A stretch of 64,000 nucleotides of DNA from an uncultured Chloroflexia bacterium (lineage in GTDB: Bacteria; Chloroflexota; Dehalococcoidia; SM23-28-2; RBG-16-64-32): contig CAVQVC010000001.1 in assembly GCA_963717065.1 (NCBI GenBank), forward strand, positions 1,873,001 to 1,937,000, in the 5' to 3' direction. Both the position numbers and the translations under genes were made by a program. This document shows, one piece after another, positions 29,039 through 39,733 of the stretch. How positions within the stretch are numbered: position 1 is the stretch's first letter; the number at the start of each line of letters is the position of its first letter. Below the pieces are notes generated by a model that was not told the DNA's origin, did no database searches, and saw only the letters and a program-made list of their open reading frames with translations.

Positions 29039-30910
29039 TCACCCGTTCTCGAGATGTGGTGCGGTTGGAGAGATGCCCGATGACGTCGTCAAGGAATCGT
29101 GATATCGAGGCGATCCCCGAGCATTCCCTTGTGAATCGGGACGAACAGCGAACGCTCCGAGCCCTGGTAAGACCTCGTGGAACCCTAGATGAGTTTGATC
29201 ATCACCCGGCGTGCCCGGATAAAGGACATAGGCTCCAGCTGTTCGCCGTATGGCATCACGATAGGCGTGCATCTTGAGGAGATCATCGTATTTGGCCGCA
29301 GTCTGGGTGTCCGTAATCAAGTCGTCCGTGTTTTCAGTGGTATCGTCGTCTGTTCTTTCGCCGAGGATTTCGCCGACACGTTCAACCCGATACTTCGCAT
29401 CGAAGTGAATGTGAACCATCAGCTCATTAGCCTCAGCTTCTTCGCGCTTGTATTCAGCGGGCCAAACGCTGATCGTGTAGTCGGGCCGAACGGCGCGTGT
29501 CCAGCTACTGGCGCGAGTATGATCCCGATCACGGCGAACATGGAAGGTTCGGTTGAAATGGAACTCAGCGTTGAGATTTCTACCCGCCGTTTCAGACCAT
29601 GTTCCAGAAACGGGCGTCTTGAGCTCGACACCGCGTTTGAGATTCAGTTGGGGTGGAACCTTCGTCTTGTCGATGACTACCGCGTGGAGAGGTTGATCGC
29701 AGGAGAATTTTTGCCGGAAGAGTTGTTGGAGTTGGAAGAACAGCCAGTATTCGTAAAGGGTAGCGACATCACGCGCACCGGCATGAAAGACATCCGTGCC
29801 TCCGTCCCACATCAACTGGGACCCAGCGTGGAATTGCAGCCAGTCTAGGGACAGCTCTCGATACCCCGCTTTCCGCTGCAACACAGGGCTGGCGAACGGG
29901 AGCACGTCCGGATGCGATACTTCAGGGAAGAACCCACGCGAGAGGTAACCGTCCAGGAGCGCGCGTAGCCGCGTGCAGTCGTTGATCAGACGTCGCTGGT
30001 CTGGCCGATCAATGCCGCGATTATTGCTGACCACCAAGTGGGCCAACACATCCGAGAAAAAGTTTCGGAATTCGACGAGGACCATTTTGGCGAACCGGTT
30101 CTCGGCAGTGTCCAAGAAATCAGTGCGGTGGCGCACGCTGATTGATGTTGGTAGAGACTCAATGCCGATAGTCCGCGGAGCAGGAACGCGCCTTGATGCA
30201 GCCTCGATTTGTCTAACGAACAGTTTGTCTGGTTTGAATGGCTTGGAGATGTCGCGGTCCTCCCGCTCATCTTCCATTCTGCGATGGGGATTGCGGAGTA
30301 TCTCGTTGACGGCCGCGCCGAATTGTACTGATTCAACGGTGTGGCGAAGGAACTCAAGCTGTTGTTCGAGTACGCGCGTGTTCTGGCGCCACAGGATGTC
30401 AAGGCGAACTTGGGTTGGTGCGCGACAATCCATCAGTAGGGCTGAACTTTGACGAGCGATGAACGACAGCATGCCTCGATAGTGATCCCGATACCCTAGC
30501 TTCGCCGAACGCACTTCGACCGCCCCGGTGGCGAGGGGACGCTGCGTCTCATCATCGCGTCGGACAACGATGAGGGCAGCAGGCCGACAGTAATCCTGAG
30601 GCTCGATGAAACCCTCCTGCCCGTACGGTGAGTCGATTTCGCTTGGCTGTGTACCCCTCGCTGACAGCGCCAAGTCCATGACTACGCCAGGTGCAGGGGT
30701 GAGACGGTACTGGTAGCGTTCGCGTTCACGAAGCTGTAAACGCTCTTCTCCGAACAGCGCCGCTTCCTCCACGGGAAGAGAAATCAGTGGGTCTTGTTCC
30801 AGCGAAGTCGGCGCGTTGCCAACGCGGGCGAAGATCTCAACGGTCGCGAGCACGCGACCCTCTGGAGTTTTGCACTCCACCACATCTCGGCGCCTGGCCT
30901 CAGGCGGCAC
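29039..30910 (-). CDS. mcrC: McrC-like nuclease subunit (DUF2357-like N-region plus PD-(D/E)xK nuclease)
   Basis: 623-aa intact ORF. RPDYTI ... HIHFDAKY forms a PD...(D/E)xK motif. Starts 1 nt after the AAA+ McrB-like gene. Confidence 0.75.
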   Translation of the reverse strand: MPPEARRRDVVECKTPEGRVLATVEIFARVGNAPTSLEQDPLISLPVEEAALFGEERLQLRERERYQYRLTPAPGVVMDLALSARGTQPSEIDSPYGQEGFIEPQDYCRPAALIVVRRDDETQRPLATGAVEVRSAKLGYRDHYRGMLSFIARQSSALLMDCRAPTQVRLDILWRQNTRVLEQQLEFLRHTVESVQFGAAVNEILRNPHRRMEDEREDRDISKPFKPDKLFVRQIEAASRRVPAPRTIGIESLPTSISVRHRTDFLDTAENRFAKMVLVEFRNFFSDVLAHLVVSNNRGIDRPDQRRLINDCTRLRALLDGYLSRGFFPEVSHPDVLPFASPVLQRKAGYRELSLDWLQFHAGSQLMWDGGTDVFHAGARDVATLYEYWLFFQLQQLFRQKFSCDQPLHAVVIDKTKVPPQLNLKRGVELKTPVSGTWSETAGRNLNAEFHFNRTFHVRRDRDHTRASSWTRAVRPDYTISVWPAEYKREEAEANELMVHIHFDAKYRVERVGEILGERTDDDTTENTDDLITDTQTAAKYDDLLKMHAYRDAIRRTAGAYVLYPGTPGDDQTHLGFHEVLPGLGAFAVRPDSQGNARGSPRYHDSLTTSSGISPTAPHLENG

Positions 30911-30911
30911 G

Positions 30912-32788
30912 CTAGGCCTCAGCGAAGGTTACGAACTGGTCTCGGATCAACCGCTGCCACATTCGCATCACCTTATCGTGGCTTAGTGGATAAATGGCGC
31001 CAGTTGTCGGAGCTTCGCTGGCGATGAGCGCTAAGATCCTTTCCGGCCCATGGTTCAATTCATCGAATGCCTGACCTGCATTCGCCAATTGCCCTACGAA
31101 ATCGATGCCGTCGCGGCCTTTGCGTTCAAGTCCACAAGCCCAGGCTAGTGCCCAGAGGAGGCGTTCAAGCTTCGCGCGAGAGCCATGCAGTTTCGGTAGG
31201 AGCTTCTGGACTATGACTGCATCGAACGCAGGGTTGAACCAAGAATCGGTGCGATAAGAACCGAGTTCCTTGTAATGATGTAGGAATCGGGCGGACTCAT
31301 ATATGACTCGATACCCGAATTCGGCGTCATGGCTACGCAAGAGGTCGAAGAACAGTGACATCTCTTGGCGGAATTTCTGTGCATCGGACGTCGTGAGCTC
31401 GACATCTTGTTTAGACGCTGACAGGACGAACTGTTCCCCAAAGCCGACACCCCGCGCGTCAAGCCTTCCCAGGTCTGTGGCTTGCGGATTTGCGAGGAAT
31501 GCGTCCACGTCTGCCGAATCCAACCTGAATTCAATAACATTCGCCCTGTCCAACACTTTTGGCGAGAACATGTAAGTCGTCTCGTCGACATTTACGGTCC
31601 CGATGATGAACAGATTCTCGGGTAGCTCAATGGCTTCGGGAACGCCGGATCGTATAACCTTCTCGCCCTTCTTATCCCAGCCTGCCTTATAGAGAGGGAT
31701 TTCTTCGCCTGACTCAATTGCTGAGAGCAAGTCTGCGAAATAGCGCTCGACGTGGGAGAGATTCATTTCGTCCAAGACCAGGAAATACGGAGAGCGCGGG
31801 TTCTCGGTAGCAGCCTTTATGAGCTCAAGTGCTGGCGTCGTCACGTAAGCGTCGGAGATGAGCCCGTTAGGGTAGCCGACGATGTTGTCATTGCTTGTCC
31901 AGTCAGCGCCAACTGGCAACAGAACATACTGAGACCGCTGACGGGGCGTGATCCACCGGGCGAATGCCTGGGCAAGCCTCGTCTTCCCGGAGCCTGCCAG
32001 CCCCGTAAGAATCAAGAAGCGCTTTGACAGGAGCGACGCTAGCATCCGCACAATGTGCTCTTCAGAGACCCTAAGATTCGCAGAGGTGGCATCAGCGCGA
32101 AAGGCGGCGACCAAATCCGACGAGTCTCCAGTGCTAACTGGAGGCGGCTGTCTCTCAATCGGAGGAGGGGATTCGGGCGGAACGTCCGCGACGTATGAAT
32201 CGTATGCCGACAAGACGGCCTCGAGGTCGTCAAGCAGCTGTGATTCGGGGGTACATTGGCAGCCTCGTAGAACTTGTGAGCGATGGTAGAGACTTCATAA
32301 TCCGCACCTAAGCCTCGTTTGGCTCGCAGGTCTATGTCGTTAGCAAGGGAAAACGCCCGGGCCTCGAGCGACCGACTTGTGGACCGGATTGAGTCCGCCC
32401 GGCGTCTCAACTCCTCATATCCGACACGCACGCCGCGCTTCTTTGGTTCAGTGACGCCCTGGTTGAACGTGAGGTAGACACCGGTCATGTCCTCACGGAA
32501 CAGGTAGACGCAATAGACGCCATCCTGAATCGACTTTGCAGCGCGTTTGTCGAGAAGGGCAATCCACGGCACTTTTGCCCAATTCCCTTGGCCCATACTC
32601 CACTCGACGCGCAGTTGGGGGCGTTTCCGGACCGGGGAAGATGCCCGAAGTTCGTCTCCGATGCGCCTAAATACGTCCCGAATCGGGTGGCGGGTGAACG
32701 CCTGCTTGCTAGCCTGCGGGTAGTCGTTCAGGATGCGATTTAGCTCTTGCTGCATGATGCTCGCGGGAATTCTATCACGCGAAATCAT
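30912..32788 (-). pseudogene. mcrB: McrB-like AAA+ GTPase with N-terminal DUF3578 (MrcB_N-type) DNA reader; one frameshift in a C5 run at 32247-32251
   Basis: N-domain GQGNWAKVPWIALLD...GVYCVYLFRED. AAA+ part with Walker A GLAGSGKT, Walker B FLVLDEMN and the McrB-type block IIGTVNVDE...KVLDRANVIEF. The frames join as ..AANVPP|ESQLLDDLEAV.. if one C is added. Confidence 0.8.
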
Positions 32789-32833
32789 TGTGTTGCGGGC
32801 GGATTATCTCGAACGAAGCTGTAGGCGAGCCCG

Positions 32834-34206
32834 CTACTCCTCCGCGAAGTAGTCGGCGTCCAGCTCGCGGGTCGCGAGGCCGGCTTCGGTGGTCGCACGG
32901 GCGACGGCGCGGGCGACGGCCTGGTGGACGCGGCGGTCGAGGGGGTTCGGCAGCAGGTGGCCGTGCTCGGTGACGGCGACGAGGGCCTCCGAGGCGGCGC
33001 GGAAGATGTCCGGGTGGTTGCGGCGGGCGCCGGCGTCGAGGAGGCCGCGGCAGGCGCCCGGGTAGCAGAGGAGGTTGTTGATGGCGGCGCCGCTCTCGGC
33101 GATGCGGGCGCCGGCGTTGATCGCCTCGGTGGCGTCGATCTCGGGGCGCGGGTTGCGAGAGCGCGAAGATGATCTGGCCGTCGCGTATCTGCTCCGGCTT
33201 GATGAGGCCGGGCGACGCCGGTGGTGGCGATGACGACGTCGCAGGTGCGGATGATCTCCTCGAGGCCGCTGGGGATGCCGCCGAAGGCGGCGAGACGGCG
33301 GACGGCGGCCTCGGTGCGGTCGCAGCCGCAGACGGGGGCGTCGGTGTAGTGCATGATGGCGCGGGCGATGGCGAGCCCGGCGGCGCCGAGGCCGACCTGC
33401 CCGATGCGCAGCTGCGCGGGGCTGGTCTCGGCGAGGTGGCAGGCGTTGATCAGCGCGGCGAGGACGACGGCGGCGGTGCCGTGCTGGTCGTCGTGGAAGA
33501 CGGCGACGTCGACCTTCTCCTGGAGGCGGGGCTCGACGTCGAAGCACTTGGGGGAGGCGATGTCCTCGAGCTGGATGACGCCGAAGGTGGTGGAGATGGC
33601 GGCGGAGGTGGCGACGATGTCGTCGGCGTTCTGGCTCTTGATGGCGATGGGGATGGCGTTGACGTCGGCGAGGTAGGCGAGGAGCGCGCACTTGCCCTCG
33701 AGGACGGGCATGGCGGCGAGGGGGCCGAGGTTGCCGAGGCCGAGGACGGCGGAACCGTCGCTGATGATGGCGCAGGTGTTGGGGATGATCGTGTAGTGGT
33801 CGGCGAGCCGCGGGTCCTCCTGGATGCGCCGGCAGACCTCGCCGACGCCGGGGGTGTAGATGCGGCCGAGGTCGGCGAAGGAGTCGATCGGGTTCTGGGA
33901 GACGACCTTGATCTTGCCGCCGACGTGCGCCGTCAGCACCTCGTCGCGCAGCTCGACGACCGTGGTGGCCTTGGCCAGCTCGTCGACGATGACGTCGAGC
34001 TCGGCGAGCGACTCGACGATGAGGTCGATGTCACGGGTGACGTAGGTGCGGGAGTGGTGGACGGTGCGGATGTCGCCGACGGAGCCGCCGTGGCGGGCGA
34101 TGACGGTGAGCACGGAGGCGAGGACGCCGACCTGGTTCACGTTCTTCACGCGCAGGGTGCGGAAGAACTGTGGGACCTGGGCGTCGCGCGGCATGGCGTG
34201 TTCCAT
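32834..34206 (-). pseudogene. maeA: NAD(P)-dependent malic enzyme with N-terminal ACT domain; 2 frameshifts near 33160-33215
   Basis: ACT-like N-terminus, then malic-enzyme blocks (YTPGVGEVC, FHDDQHGTA, GLGAAGLAIA). The C-terminus (NPRPEIDATEAINAG...) lies in the frame of ORF 32834..33691. Confidence 0.85.
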
Positions 34207-34371
34207 TATAGGATGAGCGGTCGATCAGGACTCGGCGAGATCGGGACGTCAAGCTGTAGCGGAGCCTGTCGACCGACCCGAAGACGGACGGATGCGGCGG
34301 CGGCCCCCCAACAGGGCGGGTTCTGGAGGCATGACGGCCTCCGCTCAGGGTGATCAGGGCGTCGCCTGCTG

Positions 34372-35948
34372 CTACGTGATGACCGAGGGCATCACGACGG
34401 CGACGGCGAAGAAGAAGAGCGCGCTGATGATCGCCGTGCAGAAGGCGGACTGGCGGTCCAGCTCGAAGGCGATCTCGGTGGCCTTGATGCTGGTGATCGC
34501 GATCCAGATGAAGGCGGCGAGCACGAACATCGGGCCGTAGATCGGGATGACGCCGAGGATCACGAGGAATCCGGGTGAGGCGGCGAGTCCGAGCCTCTGG
34601 AGGTAGAGCGCGAGGTCGCCGCGCTCCATGCGCCCCGGGAAGAGCTGCGTGGCGAGGCAGTAGATCAGGCCGGCGTAGATGGCGGCGCCGAGGCCCGCGA
34701 AGAAGGCGAATACGAAGAAGCCGATGGGGCCGGCCGTGAAGAAGCCGGTCATCGCGGCGCAGAAGATGCCGATGCTAACGATGAGCTGGGCGCGGCCGGT
34801 GGCGTAAGGGTCGCTGCGGACGTCGTCGTAGGTCTGCCAGCGCAGGATCATGGCCTGGGTCATGTGCGGGCCCATGCCGTCCCACCCGGGCCAGCTGCGC
34901 AGCCGCTGGAAGAAGCCCATGCCATCCGGCGGTGGCGGCGGCTGCTGCTTTTCGGTCTTGCCGGGTGTCTGCGAAGGCGCGTACGCGTCGAGCTGCGCCA
35001 TGCCGGAAGCGAAGGCGTTGGTGTCGGCGGCGCCGTAGCCGGTCTGCGCCGGTGCCGGGTGTAGGCCGGTTGCGGCGCGGGCGCTGGCGGCGGTGGCGGC
35101 GCCTGGTAGGCGGGCTGAGCCGGTGGCGGGCTGGTAGGCGGGCGCGGGGGTGGCGCCGGGGCCACGTACTCGGGCTGCGGCGGAGGCGCAGGCTCCTGGT
35201 AGACGGGCGGAGGCGGCGCGGCGGGCGCCTGGTTTCGCGGTTCCTGCTGGAAAGCGGGCGTCGGCCGGCCAAACGCCGACCCGTCCTGGGCCGGCGGCTC
35301 CGGGAAAGCCGGCTCGGGGGGTGACTCGTTTTCAGGAGGTGTCTCCGGCTGGCCGTTTGTCGGGCTGCGGGTCACGGAAACCAGCGGGAGGTCCTGGGCG
35401 GGCGGCGGCGCCGGGGCGCCGGTCTGCCACTCGTTGAGGACGGCCGCCGGCCGGTCCATGAGCTCGTCCTGGTACTGAGCACCGTTCATCGGCGACTCGA
35501 AGAGCGCGACGGGCTCGGCCCAGAAGACGAGTACGAGGTTCAGGTTGAGGCCGCGCATCCCCTCCGCACGCACGAAGGCGTGGGCCGTATCGATGTCAAC
35601 GAAGGAGTAGAGGTGAACCGTGCCGTGGCGCTCCGGGTCTCGGACCAGCACGACGGCCTCGATCGGGCCGGGAGCGCGGGGGTCCGGGTTGCGCGGCAGG
35701 TTGGGTAGGGCGCGGAAGCAGATCAGCCGGTCCTGCTGCCCGGGGAAGTGCTCGGCGCAGTAAGCGGAAGCGGCGTCGGTGTAGGGGAAGGCGAGCAGGC
35801 GGAAGGCGAAACCGCCCTCGCTGGGAACGAGCACGAGGATACGCTCCCGCGGGCCCGCGTAAACCGGCCTGGGGGCGGCGGCGACCGTCTCGTCGCCGGT
35901 ATGTTCCTTTTGCTGCTTCCCTAGGGCTTTGCCGAGCAGCCTCACCAT
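34372..35948 (-). pseudogene. Pro-rich N-terminal domain fused to a Yip1-like multi-TM domain; one frameshift near 35055 in a C run
   Basis: ORF 34860..35948 (globular N-domain plus PPPP-rich linker) joins ORF 34372..35001 (4-5 TM, Yip1-like) if ACCCGG is read as ACCCCGG. This gives ..PAYTPAPAQTGYGAADTNAFASGMAQLD... Confidence 0.6.
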
Positions 35949-36108
35949 TCAGTTCCTCCAGAGAATACGACTCAGTACCTGAGACTATTGTTACGAGGGG
36001 CTCTGACCAATTTCTCGCCCAAATCTTTACTTTGGTGTCGTGGAACCACGAAGACACGACGACGCAAAGGCGTTGAGGAACCGCTTTGACGTTCTTCGGG
36101 AGGCGTCG

Positions 36109-36999
36109 CTAGGGCGCCGTCGGGTGCACCAGGAGGCAGGGGATCTCGGCCCGGCGGACGACGGCGTTGGCGACGGAGCCGAGGACGGCGCGGCCAAGCC
36201 CTGAGCGCCCGTGGGTGCCGATGGCGATGAGTCCGGCATTGGCTCGCTTCGTGGCATCCAGGATGCCGTCAGCGGCCAGGGCCATAGATACGTCCGCCGT
36301 GGCGTGGAACCCCTCAGCCTCGAGGTCCTTAGCGGTCGCGGCCAGCATCGTCTGGGCTTCCGTCTGCATCGTCTCCAGCAGCTCGCCCATGATCTGTGCG
36401 TTCGCCGACTCGAAGCTGGGGTAGGCGCCGGTGGTGGATACGGCGTGGTAAAGCACGAGATCGGAGTTGAACAGGCGGGCGAAGTCCTTGACGAAGGGGA
36501 GAGCTTTGGCCGCCACGTCTGAGCCGTCCAGCGGGACGAGGATGCGCTCGAACCTGGGCGGCGGATCGTCGCGGTCTTCACGAGGGCGGATGAGCAGCAC
36601 GGGGACGGGGCTGAGCTGAATCACGCGATCCGCAATCGAGCCCAGCAGCCAGCGCATGATCCCGGAGCGGCCATGCGTACTCATCGTGATCAGATCCGCC
36701 TTCTCTTTCTCGGCGGCGCCGAGGATCGCTTCGGCCGCTTCGCCCTGGAGGGGTAGCGTGCGAACGTTGTGACCATCGGCGGTAAGACGTTCCTGGACCG
36801 TCGTCAGGTAGGTCTTCGCGGCCTGCTCTTCGCGTTCCCAGTTGATGGCCGTCGCGGTGGCGTCCCAGACTCCAACCGGTTGAAGCGAGCTGGTGAGCAC
36901 GATCTCGGCCTTAGCGCGGCGGGCAACCTCGGTGGCATAGGGCAGAATTCGCTCCGACAGATCGGAGCCATCGAGCGGGACGAGGATTTTCTTGATCAA
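36109..36999 (-). CDS. Tandem universal stress protein (2x UspA domain)
   Basis: 296-aa intact ORF. Two repeats each ending in the GxHGRSG...GSVA motif (STHGRSGIMRWLLGSIA and GTHGRSGLGRAVLGSVA). Confidence 0.88.
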   Translation of the reverse strand: MIKKILVPLDGSDLSERILPYATEVARRAKAEIVLTSSLQPVGVWDATATAINWEREEQAAKTYLTTVQERLTADGHNVRTLPLQGEAAEAILGAAEKEKADLITMSTHGRSGIMRWLLGSIADRVIQLSPVPVLLIRPREDRDDPPPRFERILVPLDGSDVAAKALPFVKDFARLFNSDLVLYHAVSTTGAYPSFESANAQIMGELLETMQTEAQTMLAATAKDLEAEGFHATADVSMALAADGILDATKRANAGLIAIGTHGRSGLGRAVLGSVANAVVRRAEIPCLLVHPTAP

Positions 37000-37162
37000 G
37001 CGGCGTTCCTCCGTTGAGCGGTCGTTGCGGCACTAGTATGGCGCAACAAGGTCAGCGCGGGAAACACCGCGGGCGCGTTCTTCGCAAATACACAAATACA
37101 GGCGTTTGAGGCGTGTGTGCACGCGAGGGACGCCAGAAACTGCCGCCTGATAGAAGCGACGC

Positions 37163-37363
37163 TTAGCTGGCGAGGAGCTTACCCGAGGAGCCCATAGAAG
37201 GCGGCGGCGGTAGCACCATAGGCGTAACCGCGGCAGGTAAAGCGGGAACGGGCAGTTCAGCCCGCTGATGGCACTGAACGCAGAGCAGATACCCCCCTTG
37301 CGCGTCCGTCTGCGTGACCATGTCGCCCAGGCAGACCGGGCAAATCTTGAGGGTCGAGGCCAA
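37163..37363 (-). CDS. Possible small zinc-ribbon protein (CxxC...CxxC)
   Basis: ICPVCLG...LCVQCHQ pattern. Start uncertain: the TTG at 37363 is a guess, and the longest ORF begins at 37477. Confidence 0.25.
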   Translation of the reverse strand: MASTLKICPVCLGDMVTQTDAQGGYLLCVQCHQRAELPVPALPAAVTPMVLPPPPSMGSSGKLLAS

Positions 37364-37746
37364 GTTGAGCCTCGTGCCAGCCCTTCGGGGAGCGTACGGC
37401 AATGCACTCCTCCTTGTGTGTCGGGCCGCCGCTACGCGGCTGGCGGGGCGCCATTGGCGCGCGTCGAGCCCTCTCACTCGGCCTACGGGGTTAGCTGACG
37501 GGTTAGGACAGGGAGGTTGCCCCTCCTTCCGATGAAGGATTCACCCCTGGGGGCGTCTGGGTCCCCCGTTCCCCCGACTGCGGTCAGGGGATTCGGCCGT
37601 TCCGCGTTTATTGAACCACCGAACCGGAAAGCTGTCAACAGAAAAGATGTTGCGGAAATATGACAGTAGCGTTGCGTGCGCACGGGCGGGCTGCGTATTG
37701 TTGCCCGTGGGCGCCTTTCCGGCGCCCGGCCAATGAGGAGGGATCG

Positions 37747-38664
37747 ATGAAAGTAGCGATATTCTTTGGCGGCGCACAGGACGTTAAAGGACAGGTGCAG
37801 GCTGTCGTCGACGCCGAAAAGGACGGATTCGACGGCATCTGGTTCGGTCAGATCTTCGGCCCGGACGCGATGACGGTCTTGGCCATCGCCGGCACGAAAA
37901 CGAGCAAAATCGAGCTGGGCACGTCCGTTGTCCCCACATACACCCGGCACCCGCACGTAATGGCACAGCAGGCCCTGACCACGCAGGCCGCGTCAGACGG
38001 GCGTTTCAACCTGGGGATCGGGCTCTCGCACGCGCAGGTGGTGGAAGGGATGTGGGGCATGTCCTACGACAAGCCGGCGGTGCACATGCGCGAGTACCTG
38101 TCCGTGCTGCTGCCGCTGGTGCGCGAGGGCCGTGCCGGCTTCAACGGTGAGCTGTTCCGGGTGAACGCCACTGTCTCCGTGCCGGACGCGAAGCCGATGC
38201 CGGTGCTCATCGCCGCGCTGGCGCCGATGATGCTGCGGATGGCGGGTGAGATGACCGACGGCACGATCACCTGGATGGTGGGCCCCAAAACGCTGGAGAC
38301 GCACATCGTGCCGCGCATCAACAAGGCCGCCGAGGGGGCGGGACGCCCGACGCCGCGCGTGGTCGTGGGGCTGCCGGTGGCGGTGACGGACAACCCCGAG
38401 GAGGCAAAAGAGAAGGCCGGTCGGTCGTTCCAGCTCTACGGAGCGTTGCCGAACTACCGGCGGGTGCTGGACATCGAGGGCGCGGCGGGGCCCGCCGATG
38501 TGGCGATCGTGGGGAACGAGGCGGAGGTCGAGAAGCAGATCCGCGAAGTTGCCTCTGCGGGTACGACGGACTTCCTGGCCGCATCATTCCCGGTGGGCGA
38601 CGACCCGCAGGCCTCGCTGGCGCGGACTCGTGCGTGCGTGCAGGGTTTGATCGGAAAGGTGTGA
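37747..38664 (+). CDS. LLM-class (luciferase-like) F420-dependent oxidoreductase
   Basis: 305 aa. The ATG has a GGAGGG SD. Typical LLM TIM-barrel blocks (FDGIWFGQIFG, RFNLGIGLSH). Confidence 0.8.
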   Translation: MKVAIFFGGAQDVKGQVQAVVDAEKDGFDGIWFGQIFGPDAMTVLAIAGTKTSKIELGTSVVPTYTRHPHVMAQQALTTQAASDGRFNLGIGLSHAQVVEGMWGMSYDKPAVHMREYLSVLLPLVREGRAGFNGELFRVNATVSVPDAKPMPVLIAALAPMMLRMAGEMTDGTITWMVGPKTLETHIVPRINKAAEGAGRPTPRVVVGLPVAVTDNPEEAKEKAGRSFQLYGALPNYRRVLDIEGAAGPADVAIVGNEAEVEKQIREVASAGTTDFLAASFPVGDDPQASLARTRACVQGLIGKV

Positions 38665-38773
38665 GCAGGGGCGACCTTGGTACCTCGGGACAACAACACC
38701 GTCCACTCCCCACGCCCCACCAGATTCCTTCGCGGAGTTGCCTGATGCCGACAAGACCGCTATTTCGCTCAGA

Positions 38774-39733
38774 ATGACAAGAGAACCGCCGTCCGACCTG
38801 GCCGACCTGCCGAAGGCGGAGCTGCACGTCCACCTGGAGGGGACAGTTCGCCCCTCCACTCAGGAGGAGTGGGTATCGCGTACGGTGGTTGACCGGCCGC
38901 CCGAATTCACCGACCTGCCGTCGTTCGTCGAGATGTACGTCTATTACTGGCGGACTATGAACACGCCGGGGGACTACGCGCGCCTGGTGCGCGAGTACTG
39001 CGAGGACGCGGCGCGCGGCGGGATCAAGTATGCGGAGATCCAGTTGGCCACGACAGCCCGTCCCTACGCCGCCCTCGAAGAAGCGGTCCGAGAGGCGCAG
39101 CAACAGAAGGACGTAATCGTGCGCTTCGTCATCGATGTTCCCCGCTCGCTGCCAATCGAGGTCGGCTCGGCGATGCTGGAGGCGGCGAAGGGCGTGCCGG
39201 ACGTGGTCGGGATCGGCCTGGGCGGGCCCGAGACCGGATTTCCGCCGGAACCGTTCGCCGAGCTGTTCGCGGAGGGCCGCAACCGCGGTCTGCACTCCAT
39301 ACCACATGCCGGCGAGGAGGCAGGGCCGGAGTCGGTGCGCGGTGCGATCGAGGCGCTGGGAGCAGAGCGGATCGTGCACGGAGTGCGATCGGTCGAAGAC
39401 GCGGCACTGGTGTCCGAACTCGCGGAGTCGGGCCTGTCACTGGCCGTATGCCTGCACTCGAACCTGCGGTTGGGCGTCTGCCAGTCGCTGGAACAGCACC
39501 AGATTCGCGACCTGTGGGAAGCCGGCGTCAATCTTTCTGTGAACACCGACGATCCAGGCTTCTTCCACGCCAGCATCATCGACGAGTACGCAGAGGCTGG
39601 CCGACTGCTGGGGCTGGACCGCGAGGGATACGGGCGGCTGGCGCTGAACTCGGTGGAGGGATCGTTCGCGCCGGAGGCGCTGAAGTCGGAGATGCGATCA
39701 GGGATCGCGGAATGGGTGGCGAGGGGCGCATGA
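38774..39733 (+). CDS. add: Adenosine/adenine deaminase family protein
   Basis: LPKAELHVHLEG metal-binding motif near the N-terminus, HAGE and NTDDP blocks. Alternative TTG start at 38738. Confidence 0.85.
   Translation: MTREPPSDLADLPKAELHVHLEGTVRPSTQEEWVSRTVVDRPPEFTDLPSFVEMYVYYWRTMNTPGDYARLVREYCEDAARGGIKYAEIQLATTARPYAALEEAVREAQQQKDVIVRFVIDVPRSLPIEVGSAMLEAAKGVPDVVGIGLGGPETGFPPEPFAELFAEGRNRGLHSIPHAGEEAGPESVRGAIEALGAERIVHGVRSVEDAALVSELAESGLSLAVCLHSNLRLGVCQSLEQHQIRDLWEAGVNLSVNTDDPGFFHASIIDEYAEAGRLLGLDREGYGRLALNSVEGSFAPEALKSEMRSGIAEWVARGA

Noticed and set aside
33169-34353. 394-aa plus-strand ORF, and the 25414..26568 alternative-frame ORF
   Set aside because: These are the antisense strand of the malic enzyme and an off-frame of the MMPL gene. 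G/D/A/V- or R-rich junk translations typical of GC3-saturated genes.
37483-37746. Possible riboswitch or sRNA in the 270-bp gap upstream of the F420-dependent LLM oxidoreductase (hairpin GGGCGCC-TTTCC-GGCGCCC near 37705-37725)
   Set aside because: I cannot match it to any riboswitch consensus I know. A single hairpin before an RBS is insufficient evidence.
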